A DNA stretch of 64,000 bases from an uncultured Pseudomonadota bacterium (lineage in GTDB: Bacteria; Myxococcota_A; Polyangia; Fen-1088), in the NCBI GenBank assembly GCA_963847705.1, contig CAWKBC010000027.1, positions 416,001-480,000 on the forward strand, given 5' to 3'. Of this stretch, positions 18,834 to 27,002 are shown in pieces; position 1 is the first letter of the stretch, and each line of letters opens with the position of its first letter. A program made the translations under genes and the position numbers. The notes under the pieces were generated by a model. The model saw only the letters and a list, made by a program, of their open reading frames with translations, searched no databases and had not been told where the DNA came from.

Positions 18834-20300
18834 TTACTTGCCAAACCTGCAGATGAGGGCCAGCGAAACGAGGTGAGAGGTGGCGGCGAAGGTGCCGGCG
18901 TTGACGTTACAGGCGTTCGGATCGGAAGCGGGGGCGGTGCAGGCGCCGCCAGGGGTCTGCTGGTAGACGCGGGCGTCCGCCTCGGCGACGGTGACGCTCG
19001 GTTGATAGCGCAGCTGGTAGGTGAGGGCCACCTCGGCGCGCCCCAGCAGCAGCGAGGCGCCCAGTGCGGCGCCAAGCTGCGCCCCGGCCGGAAAGTCGAC
19101 GTTGGAGTACGCCGCCGGTGACGCTGCCGTCTCGTAATAGACGCCGGCGCGCAGCGTCCAGCGCTCGGGCACCAGGTTGAAGTCGCCGCCCAGCTTGACG
19201 CTGAAGACGTCGTTCCACTGCTTGGGGACGGTGATCGTCCCGATCGGCACGTGCTGGCTTCCAGCGGTGGCGACCAGCCCGTTGCTGTCCACGGTGAAGG
19301 CATTGGCGCGCGACCAGGTCTCGTACTCGACGTCCAGCTCGAGGTCGAACAGCTCGCGTCCGCCGGTTTGGTGTCGGTAGCGTCCCCCGGCGCGCACCAT
19401 GAGCGGCAGCGGCAGCTTGACGGTCACATCTCTCGCCGAATCCGGGGCGCCCCCGTTCCGCGCCGTGGTGATGCTGGGGAGCACCTTCGTACCGTCAGCG
19501 TTGAAGGCCAGACCGGTGAGGTCGAGCGTGCTGTGGGTGACGATGCTTGCTGGAAGAATCTGCCCGGCCAGCCCAAATTCCAGCGACGGCGTCGGGCGGA
19601 GCCAGGCGCCCACGATCGCGTTGAAGGTGGCCCAGTCCGAGCCGCTCGTCTGCGCCAGTATGTCTTCCGTGCTCGACACGGGGTTGGCGGCGCCCGGGGC
19701 CGGATTGGCGTTGATCACCAGCGAGTAGTCGAGCCGCGGGACGGTGATCCACTCCAGCGTCACCCCGACACCGAACAGATCGTGGTACTTCCAGGCGGCG
19801 CTGGCGGCGACATCGAGGATGATCGCCTGGCGGTTCACCATCATGTAGCGCTGGCCGCCGTCCTGCGGAAACTGCTCCCGGCTGATCCCAGGCGGCGCGA
19901 AGGCGGCCAGCGCAAAGGCCCAGTCCCGCAGGCCGAGGCGCGATGAGCCGCCGATGAAAGGGAGGGCCGCCTGCCAGGGGGTCCCGTTGTGGACCTTGGC
20001 GAAGGTGGTGGGCTGCGTGGGGGTGGGGCTCTGTCCGTAGTCGATCGTCGGCGCGCGCGTGTAGTCGTAGCTGTTGTAGGAGAACTGGTTGCCGATCTGA
20101 ATGGTCGACTCGTCGAGATCGGCCAGCCCGGCGGGGTTGATGCTGACCGCCGTGACGTCGTCAGCCCGGGCCACGAAGGCCCCGCCGCGGCCGGCGGCGC
20201 GAGGGCCGAGCGCGCCCTGATAATAGCCGCCGTCGGCGAGCGCCGGTGAGGCGACCGCCGCCGTCAAGAGCAGCGTCGAGAGTCCTGCGCGAGACTTCAA
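18834..20300 (-). CDS. FadL/OmpP1/TodX-family outer membrane transporter for hydrophobic compounds
   Basis: After the signal peptide: GGYY...GPRAAGRGGAFVARADDVTAVSINPAGL. Also YETWS, WNDVFSVKLGG, LRAGVYYE. Confidence 0.85.
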   Translation of the reverse strand: MKSRAGLSTLLLTAAVASPALADGGYYQGALGPRAAGRGGAFVARADDVTAVSINPAGLADLDESTIQIGNQFSYNSYDYTRAPTIDYGQSPTPTQPTTFAKVHNGTPWQAALPFIGGSSRLGLRDWAFALAAFAPPGISREQFPQDGGQRYMMVNRQAIILDVAASAAWKYHDLFGVGVTLEWITVPRLDYSLVINANPAPGAANPVSSTEDILAQTSGSDWATFNAIVGAWLRPTPSLEFGLAGQILPASIVTHSTLDLTGLAFNADGTKVLPSITTARNGGAPDSARDVTVKLPLPLMVRAGGRYRHQTGGRELFDLELDVEYETWSRANAFTVDSNGLVATAGSQHVPIGTITVPKQWNDVFSVKLGGDFNLVPERWTLRAGVYYETAASPAAYSNVDFPAGAQLGAALGASLLLGRAEVALTYQLRYQPSVTVAEADARVYQQTPGGACTAPASDPNACNVNAGTFAATSHLVSLALICRFGK

Positions 20301-20306
20301 AGCCCT

Positions 20307-21281
20307 CTACTGGGGCTGGAGAATGGAGAACACCACCGGCGCCGGGACCGAGCAGGTGCTGCAGAGGACCGCGACGGCGTAGGTGCCGCTGGTGTCGGTG
20401 AAGCCCGGGAACGTCCCGCCGCTCACCGGGGTGCTCATGAGGTCGATGTACTCCTGACCGGGCGGAACGGCGTAGGTGTAGAGCGCGGTCGCGTCCTGCT
20501 CGATGTTCAGGAAGTCCGCCTGAATGTCGGCGGGCTGCTTCCCCTGGAAAAATCCAACCTCGACCTTGTCGAGCGTGGTCACCGAGAAGTCGAGTGGCTG
20601 GCCAAAATTGTCCTTGGTGACCTGGCTCCAGTCGATCTTCCAGGGTCCGGCGGCGGGGATCGCGACAGGCGTGTTCAGCGTGGGGGTGAAGGAGAGGAAG
20701 TTGCTGGTGCCGCAGGGGTTGGGCGCGGTGACCGTCGTGTTGACGGAGGTCGCCGAGGGCGAAAGGAAGACCATCGACTGAGCGCCGACCCCGATCACCG
20801 TTCCGCTGGTGAAGAGCATGAGGTACTGGGTACCGGCCGAGACCACGTAATCGGTCGCCGGCACCAACTTCGGTTGCCCGTAGGAGAAATCCGAGAGCAT
20901 CGCGGAGGTGGCGCCCTTGGTGTGGAACTCACGGTAGGTGGTGACCTCCGTCGACGTCAGCTGTCCCTTGGCCAGCTTGTCCTCGACCGCGCTCTGGGTC
21001 ATGTTGCCGATCCGCAGGAACGCGACGTTGTCGATCGGCAGCGCCGTGTGGCAGAGCAGATCCTGGGTGATGCCGTCCCAGGAGATCGACAGATCGACGC
21101 CGGCCGTCGTCTCCACGGTCGGGATCGTCAGAGTGCTGGTCGACGAATAATTATTCGCGTCCTTGATGATCACATTGCCGACGGGGCCCGTCGTCCCGGC
21201 GGGGCTGCTGGAGCCGCAGGAGGCGGCCAGCGCCAGGGTGAGGAGAGCGGCGACAGGGTGGCAGGAGGTGCTCGATTTCAT
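20307..21281 (-). CDS. Uncharacterised lipoprotein, paralog of 14648-15712
   Basis: Lipobox LAASC. Motifs DANNYS, DLSISWDGITQD, IDWSQVTKDNFG, YAVAVLCSTCSVPAP. Confidence 0.75.
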   Translation of the reverse strand: MKSSTSCHPVAALLTLALAASCGSSSPAGTTGPVGNVIIKDANNYSSTSTLTIPTVETTAGVDLSISWDGITQDLLCHTALPIDNVAFLRIGNMTQSAVEDKLAKGQLTSTEVTTYREFHTKGATSAMLSDFSYGQPKLVPATDYVVSAGTQYLMLFTSGTVIGVGAQSMVFLSPSATSVNTTVTAPNPCGTSNFLSFTPTLNTPVAIPAAGPWKIDWSQVTKDNFGQPLDFSVTTLDKVEVGFFQGKQPADIQADFLNIEQDATALYTYAVPPGQEYIDLMSTPVSGGTFPGFTDTSGTYAVAVLCSTCSVPAPVVFSILQPQ

Positions 21282-21467
21282 CCGGCGGATTAAAACGTAA
21301 AGCGGCTCCGCCGTCGACCCGATCGACATCCGCGAGACACAATTCACGCTTTTGAAGATCGGCTCACGCAATCGACCGGTGCACGCTGATTCCATTTCCG
21401 TGAAGGGCGATGGAATCTCCTGTCGCGTCAGCGGAATTACCGTCGGTGCGCTCCGCAAACGATCGCC

Positions 21468-21509
21468 GGCAATTGAATAGACAAACGCGGCAATCGAATA
21501 GACAGATGC
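21468..21509. promoter_or_regulatory. 21-bp direct repeat in the divergent promoter region
   Basis: GGCAATTGAATAGACAAACGC and GGCAATCGAATAGACAGATGC, in an AT-richer intergenic region. Confidence 0.55.
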
Positions 21510-21621
21510 CGCGGATTTTTTTGGCGCGCCACTCAACGAGCGTTGTTTGATCTCGAAGCGGGCGACGCCTGTGTGCTACCGTGACGTTCCTCTCTCCCCT
21601 TCTGGATCCCGGTAGCTGTTC

Positions 21622-22695
21622 TTGAGCCTGCCTGAATTGCATCTGTCGAAGCCGGGCGTGGCGTTGCCCGCGACGGCCGTCGACAACGCCGAAATCATCC
21701 GACGCGTCCGCGCGCGCTTCAAAGGGAGCGAAGCGGAGTTCTCGGTGATTGCCTCGGCCATCGAGCACGTCTTCGGCCTCTGCAAGACGCGGGTGCGCTA
21801 CCTCGAGCCCGACGAGCGGCAGGGAATCGTGGCCGACTATGCGGTGCGGGCGGCGCAGGACTGCCTGGCGGTCAACGGCGTCTCGCTCGAGGAGGTCGAC
21901 CTGGTGATCTGCGGCGGGATCGCCCGTCAGTACTTCGAGCCAGCGACGGCCATGGAGGTCGCCGCCAAGCTCGGCCTCAAGAAGACGCACGCCTTCGACG
22001 TCACCGCGGCCTGCGTCGGCCACCTGGAAGCCATCCAGACGGCGGCCGGGTACCTGGCGCTTCATCCCAATTACCGAACCGCGTTGGTCTGCACGGCAGA
22101 GCTCTCGGGCCCGTTCCTGAGCTACGACATTCAGACTGTCCGCGACCTGCAGATGAAGACCGCGGGGTTGACGATCGGCAACGCGGCGGCCTGCATGCTG
22201 GTGCGCCGGATTCCATTTCCGGAAGGCGGAGTCCGGTTGATGGCCATCAACACCTTCACGGCGCCCGACCATTGGCACCTTTGTCAGGTGCCGATCGGGG
22301 GCACGTTGGTCTCTTCTTCGGTTGAGCTGATGAGGCTCGGCAAGTACATTCCCCCCTGGGTCACGGAGCGTCTGGGCGCGCTCGGTCTGAAGCCCGACGA
22401 CATCGCCCACTACGTCTTTCATCAACCGAGCGAGATCATGGTGCGCAAGATCTTCGACGACATCGGTGTCGATCAGACAAAGGGCGTCTACACGCACGCG
22501 CGCTACGGCAACACCGCCAGCGCCAGCGTCGGGGTGACCTATCGGACCCTTCTGGAAGAGCGGGCGTTGAAGCGCGGCGAGAAGATCGTCCTCGGCAGCG
22601 CGGCGGCCGGCTACTCGATGGTCATGGCCACAGGCGAGTGGACCGGGTCGGCTGGCAAAAACGCTGACAAGATCGCCGGCAAGATCGCGCAATAG
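21622..22695 (+). CDS. 3-oxoacyl-ACP synthase III family condensing enzyme, OleA-like
   Basis: Triad motifs FDVTAAC (Cys), FHQPS (His), YGNTAS (Asn). RQYFEPATA resembles OleA RDYLEPSTA. Also AGLTIGNAAA. Confidence 0.82.
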   Translation: MSLPELHLSKPGVALPATAVDNAEIIRRVRARFKGSEAEFSVIASAIEHVFGLCKTRVRYLEPDERQGIVADYAVRAAQDCLAVNGVSLEEVDLVICGGIARQYFEPATAMEVAAKLGLKKTHAFDVTAACVGHLEAIQTAAGYLALHPNYRTALVCTAELSGPFLSYDIQTVRDLQMKTAGLTIGNAAACMLVRRIPFPEGGVRLMAINTFTAPDHWHLCQVPIGGTLVSSSVELMRLGKYIPPWVTERLGALGLKPDDIAHYVFHQPSEIMVRKIFDDIGVDQTKGVYTHARYGNTASASVGVTYRTLLEERALKRGEKIVLGSAAAGYSMVMATGEWTGSAGKNADKIAGKIAQ

Positions 22696-22702
22696 ACCGG
22701 CG

Positions 22703-24247
22703 ATGAAACTCTCCGTCAGCGTCGCGTTGCTGATCTGCTGCGCAGGGGCGCGCGTCGCGCGAGCGGACAGCGACGGCGGCGCGCCGCCCAGCGAGGCGAC
22801 GCCACCGCCGGCAGCGCCCGCGGGTGAACAACCGACCGTCGAGCCGACCGCCGACCCGGGTGGGGGGCTCTTCGAGCAGAGCAACGCCGCCGCTGCGGCG
22901 GCGCCGGGTGCGGGCGCGGCGCCGGCCCCCACGGCCGTCGGACCGTTCACCCTCACGGGGTACGTGCGTGGCGACATGTTCGCCGGCAAGGTCTCGGGGC
23001 AGGACGCCGCCGAGCTGAAGGCCGGCTACGGCGAGCTGGATCTGACGCTGCGAACTGCGAAGGAGACCTACGGCGACGGCTTTGCCGAGGCGCGCATCCG
23101 GTATGGTCTGCAGGCCGACGGCCTCCAGGCGACGGTCGTCGACCTGCGCGAGGCCTACGTCAACACCTACCTCGGCCCGCTCGACCTGCGCATCGGCCAG
23201 CAGATCATCGTCTGGGGGCGCGCCGACGCGCTCAATCCGACCAACAACCTGACCCCGCTCGACTTCCGCATTCACTCGCCGATCGAGGACGATATTCGGA
23301 TCGGCAACGCCGGCGCGCGCGCGTTCCTGCGCTTCGCCCCCTTCCGCCTGGAGGGGGTCTGGATGCCGCTCTACCTGCCGACCGAGCTGCCGGCGGTGCA
23401 GCTCCCGCAGTACGTCTCGTACGGGGCGCCGCTCTTCCCGTCGCTCAATCTGAAGGACGGGACGGAGGCGGTCCGTCTCCACCTCGAGCTGCCCGCCATC
23501 GAGATGTCCGTCTCGTACCTCCACGGCTTCGCGCCGCTTCCCGGGCTTTCGCCGACGCCGAACGGGATCACGTTGACGGCCGCCGACGACGGAACGCCGA
23601 GCACCACGACTCCGCCGTCGATCCTGGTCTCGCGCACGGCCTACGAGCAGCAGGTGCTGGGCTTCGACTTCTCGACCTCGCTGGGTGAGGTCGCCACCCT
23701 CCGCGGCGAGGCGGCCTACCGGCGCCCCTACAACTGGGCGGTGCCCGCCGACCATCACATCGCCTACCCCGACGTCCAGTACACCGTCGGCGCCGACCAC
23801 ACCTTCGGCTCGCTGAGCGTCATCGTGCAGTACATGGGTCGCTACGTCTTCGACTGGCAGAAGCAGAGCGGGCCGGCGATGGTGCTCGATCCTGCGGTCC
23901 TCCCGATGGAGGCGATGGCGAACCTGAAGTTCGTGAGCGACATCGTCAACGCCACCCTGGCCAAGCAGAACCAGATCCTCTTCTCGCAGACCGCGCAGCT
24001 CCAGCACCTGGGGACGCTGCGCTTCGAGTGGCTGGCGCTGCACGAGACGTTGTCGATCTCGTCGCTCTGCCTCTACAACTTCACCACGCGCGAGTGGCTC
24101 ATCACCCCGCGCATCGGCTACCGTCTGTCCGACGCAATCACCATGTATGCCGGCGCGCAGGTCTTCCACGGGCCGGCCGACACGCTGTTTGGCATCATCG
24201 ACGCCCAGCTCTCCGCCGGCTACGCCGAGCTGCGCTACACCTTCTGA
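22703..24247 (+). CDS. Outer membrane beta-barrel (DUF1302-like)
   Basis: Signal peptide, LREAYV...DLRIGQQIIVWGRAD..NPT motif, C-terminal ELRYTF beta-signal. Confidence 0.75.
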   Translation: MKLSVSVALLICCAGARVARADSDGGAPPSEATPPPAAPAGEQPTVEPTADPGGGLFEQSNAAAAAAPGAGAAPAPTAVGPFTLTGYVRGDMFAGKVSGQDAAELKAGYGELDLTLRTAKETYGDGFAEARIRYGLQADGLQATVVDLREAYVNTYLGPLDLRIGQQIIVWGRADALNPTNNLTPLDFRIHSPIEDDIRIGNAGARAFLRFAPFRLEGVWMPLYLPTELPAVQLPQYVSYGAPLFPSLNLKDGTEAVRLHLELPAIEMSVSYLHGFAPLPGLSPTPNGITLTAADDGTPSTTTPPSILVSRTAYEQQVLGFDFSTSLGEVATLRGEAAYRRPYNWAVPADHHIAYPDVQYTVGADHTFGSLSVIVQYMGRYVFDWQKQSGPAMVLDPAVLPMEAMANLKFVSDIVNATLAKQNQILFSQTAQLQHLGTLRFEWLALHETLSISSLCLYNFTTREWLITPRIGYRLSDAITMYAGAQVFHGPADTLFGIIDAQLSAGYAELRYTF

Positions 24248-24267
24248 CCACCAACGAGGACGCCACC

Positions 24268-25065
24268 ATGCACACCCGCCGCTTCCTGTTCGCCCTGTTC
24301 GCCTTGCTGCTCTCCGGGACGGCGCAGGCGGACAAGGGCCCCTCGGCCCGCGAGATCATGGACAAGGTGACCACCACCCGGAAGCTCGACGGCTCGGAGG
24401 CGGTCATCAAGATGACCGTCTTCGGTGAAGGCGGGCAGGCGCGCGAGCGCGAGATCTCGATGGCCACCAAGCTCTACGACGGCGGCAAGACCGAGAAGCG
24501 CATCTACCGCTTCCTGTCGCCGGCCGACGTCCAGGGGACGGGGATCCTGGTCTACGACTACGAAGCCAAGCCGGACGACGTCTGGATCTACCTGCCCGCA
24601 TTGCGCAAGACGCGACGGGTGGTCAGCACGCAGCGCGCGCAGAGCTTCATGGGGAGCGAGTTCTCGTACGGCGATCTGAACATCCCCTCGCTCGACGACT
24701 TCAACTACACGCTGGTGAAGGAAGAGGAGTCGGGGGGCGAGCCCTGCTACGTCATCGACCTGGCGCCGAAGACCAAGGAGATCGCAGAGGCCGAGGGCTA
24801 TTCGAAGAAGACCTACTGGGTGAGCAAGGCGAAGATGGCGGTCGTGCGGGGGCTCTACTACGACAAGGACGGCAAGCTGCTGAAGGAGCTCATCGCCCAG
24901 GACATCAAGCTGCTCGACCCCAAGAACAAGCGGTACCGGGCGATGCACATGGAGATGGTCAACAAGCAGAACGGCCGCAAGTCCGTCTTCGAAACCAAGA
25001 AGGTCACCTTCTCCCCCAGCACCAAGGACGACTACTTCACCACCGCCTACCTCGAGCGCAGCTGA
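24268..25065 (+). CDS. Outer membrane lipoprotein-sorting protein (LolA-like)
   Basis: Signal peptide. F.SPADV.GTG.L, DDVWIYLPALRKTRR, SFMGSEFSYGDL, YDKDGKLLK. Confidence 0.88.
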   Translation: MHTRRFLFALFALLLSGTAQADKGPSAREIMDKVTTTRKLDGSEAVIKMTVFGEGGQAREREISMATKLYDGGKTEKRIYRFLSPADVQGTGILVYDYEAKPDDVWIYLPALRKTRRVVSTQRAQSFMGSEFSYGDLNIPSLDDFNYTLVKEEESGGEPCYVIDLAPKTKEIAEAEGYSKKTYWVSKAKMAVVRGLYYDKDGKLLKELIAQDIKLLDPKNKRYRAMHMEMVNKQNGRKSVFETKKVTFSPSTKDDYFTTAYLERS

Positions 25066-25142
25066 CCGCCCCACCCGAACTCGCATCAGCTCCGCCTCGC
25101 TCGCTCGCTCGCGGATTTCGTTCCGCTCGGTTTTACTTGGGG

Positions 25143-25257
25143 GCGGCGGGGGCCGGGTGACTCCTCGGCCTGCGCACCTGAAAGGTTGGAATCGTCGGGC
25201 GGAACAACAGAGCCGCCCTCCTCAGCTCCGGCCGAGGAGTCACCCGGCCCCCGCCGC
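25143..25257 (+). repeat. Structured element copy A: perfect 28-bp inverted repeat enclosing a 59-nt core
   Basis: Arms 25143-25170 and 25230-25257 are exact reverse complements. Core is 25171-25229. Confidence 0.85.
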
Positions 25258-25295
25258 GCGCGCGTTCGACCTCGGCTCCACTGCGCCAGCCTCCA

Positions 25296-25461
25296 CCCGC
25301 CGGTCTTGCCGTCCGTCTGGCCGTCGTTTGTCCCGTCGGTCTTGCCGTCCGTCTGGCCGTCGTTTGTCCCGCCGGTCTTGCCGTCCGTCTGGCCGTCGTT
25401 TGTCCCGCCGGTCTTGCCGTCCGTCTGGCCGTCGTTTGTCCCGTCGGTCTTCCCGTCCGTC
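25296..25461. repeat. 36-bp tandem repeat (about 4.6 copies) built from three 12-bp subunits
   Basis: CCCGYCGGTCTTGCCGTCCGTCTGGCCGTCGTTTGT repeated head to tail from 25296, with no spacers. Confidence 0.9.
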
Positions 25462-25503
25462 GTCGCGGGCCTCCGGGCGGAGAGGAGCGTTGTTCCGAGG
25501 CAA

Positions 25504-25616
25504 GCGGGAGGGACGGGGATTCGGTCGGCCGGAGCTGAGTCGGGCGGCTCTGTCGTTCCGCCCGACGATTCCAACCTTTTAGGTGCGGAGGCCGACCGAA
25601 TCCCCGTCCCTCCCGC
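25504..25616 (-). repeat. Structured element copy B: perfect 27-bp inverted repeat enclosing the reverse complement of the copy A core
   Basis: Arms 25504-25530 and 25590-25616. The reverse complement of core 25531-25589 matches core A at 54/59. Confidence 0.85.
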
Positions 25617-25629
25617 CCCCGCCGAAGAG

Positions 25630-25690
25630 TTGAGCGGAGCGGAGTGGAGCGGAGCTGAGCGGAGCGGAGTCCAGCGGAATTGAACGGAGC
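25630..25690. repeat. (GAGCG)n microsatellite-like tract
   Basis: GAGCGGAGCGGAGTGGAGCGGAGCTGAGCGGAGCGGAG, mirrored by a (TCGC)n tract at about 25095-25112. Confidence 0.7.
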
Positions 25691-25704
25691 CCCGCGAGGC
25701 TGGG

Positions 25705-26847
25705 TCAGCGGGCGGAGGCGGGGGCGGGTGCCGGGGCCGAGGCGGGGAGGTTCAGCGGGGGAAGGAAGGTGTCGTAGAAGAAGGCGCAGTCGCGCCGGAT
25801 CTGTTCCTCGGTGAGGCCGAACTTCTCGAGGTCGTACTTGTGCTCCGACTCGTACTGGCGCTGCTTCTCGCCGCGCTTGGCGATGGTGGCGCGCAGCTTG
25901 GGCGTCATCTCGTGGCCGAGGAACTCGCACATCTCGTCCATCATCCCCTCGAAGTCGGCCATCATCCGGTCGTAGCGGACGATGAAGACGCGCTTCTTGT
26001 CGATGAGGCCGCCGGTCCAGTCCTCGTGGAACTTCTGCAGCAGGAGAACCCAGGCCTTGTACATCCGGTCGAGCCAGCGCTTGCGCACCGGCTCGGGCAG
26101 CGACCAGAACCCCACCGCGCGATCGAGCACCCCGATGACCAGGCTCATCGAGCTGGGGATCACCGACAGCGGATCGCGCGCCATGTAGAGGATCTGTGCC
26201 TCGGGGACGTTCTGGAGGAACTGCGGCAGCCGGACCGCCAGCGAGAACAGCTTGGCGATGTTGCGCTCCGACTTGTGCAGCACCAGGCTGCGGCGCCAAA
26301 GCGCGTCCAGCCAGGCGGCGTCGCGCGCCGAGGTGTCGCGCACGCGCGGGTCGAACCACGGCAGAAGATCTTCGTCGTCGAACGACAGAAAGAACCCGTA
26401 GAGGAAGAAGCCGTCGAGGTAGCGGAACAGCACGCCGACGTCGTCGGTCTCGACCGAGCTGAGGCTGGTCTGGTGGGCGTCGGTCGAGTGATACTTGGCC
26501 GGGCTGATCTTCTCGAGCAGCGGCAGAATCGGCCGCAACAGCTTCTGCAACGTGAGCGACGGGTAGAGCATCAAGAACAGCTCCATCCCCGAGCCGAAGC
26601 CCTCGTCGGCCAGGAAGCGCTGCAGGAAGGTGGTCCCGGTGCGCGGGTTGCCGACCAGCACGATGGGGCGGTTGGCCCGCGTCTTCCGCAGGCGCGGGAA
26701 GAAGACGTTGTCCAGCGCCATGGCCACCGCGACGAACGTCCGCACGCATCCAAAGAGCACCGCGATGAAGAGCGGCGCGACCTTGACGCCGAAGGTTCGC
26801 CGCAGCACGCGGTAGACCCGACCCATTCGAGAGAAGATGCTGTTCAT
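25705..26847 (-). CDS. PAPS-dependent sulfotransferase with N-terminal hydrophobic segment
   Basis: 5'-PSB loop VGNPRTGTT, 3'-PB motif YMARDPLSVIPS, VRYDRM, C-terminal H.Y.LE.FGL. Confidence 0.88.
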   Translation of the reverse strand: MNSIFSRMGRVYRVLRRTFGVKVAPLFIAVLFGCVRTFVAVAMALDNVFFPRLRKTRANRPIVLVGNPRTGTTFLQRFLADEGFGSGMELFLMLYPSLTLQKLLRPILPLLEKISPAKYHSTDAHQTSLSSVETDDVGVLFRYLDGFFLYGFFLSFDDEDLLPWFDPRVRDTSARDAAWLDALWRRSLVLHKSERNIAKLFSLAVRLPQFLQNVPEAQILYMARDPLSVIPSSMSLVIGVLDRAVGFWSLPEPVRKRWLDRMYKAWVLLLQKFHEDWTGGLIDKKRVFIVRYDRMMADFEGMMDEMCEFLGHEMTPKLRATIAKRGEKQRQYESEHKYDLEKFGLTEEQIRRDCAFFYDTFLPPLNLPASAPAPAPASAR

Positions 26848-27002
26848 GTCGCGTCCGAGCCTCGAGCTTTCTCTGCCCTGTGTGACCCTGCCTCCCCGAT
26901 GACCTGGAGGCCAGTCTCACGCAGTAGCAGCGGCGGCCTGAAAAGGGTCACGTTACCGCTTCAACGTCACGACTCCGCGGTGACTCTATCAGTGGCGCGA
27001 GG

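Noticed and set aside
25171-25229. Hammerhead ribozyme on the minus strand (CTGAGGA followed by a stem)
   Set aside because: The stem is followed by GACG rather than GAAA, and copy B has CTGAGTC, so the catalytic core is not conserved.
25296-25461. CRISPR array (36-bp repeats)
   Set aside because: The units are head to tail with no unique spacers, and there are no cas genes in the window.
25086-25683. ORFs 25086-25574, 25157-25582 and 25186-25683 as proteins
   Set aside because: They are open only because the GC-rich repeats lack stops. The mirrored MESSGGTTEPP starts come from the inverted core.
25090-25690. Retron msr-msd or autonomous IS element
   Set aside because: No reverse transcriptase or transposase is in the window, and I found no target-site duplication.
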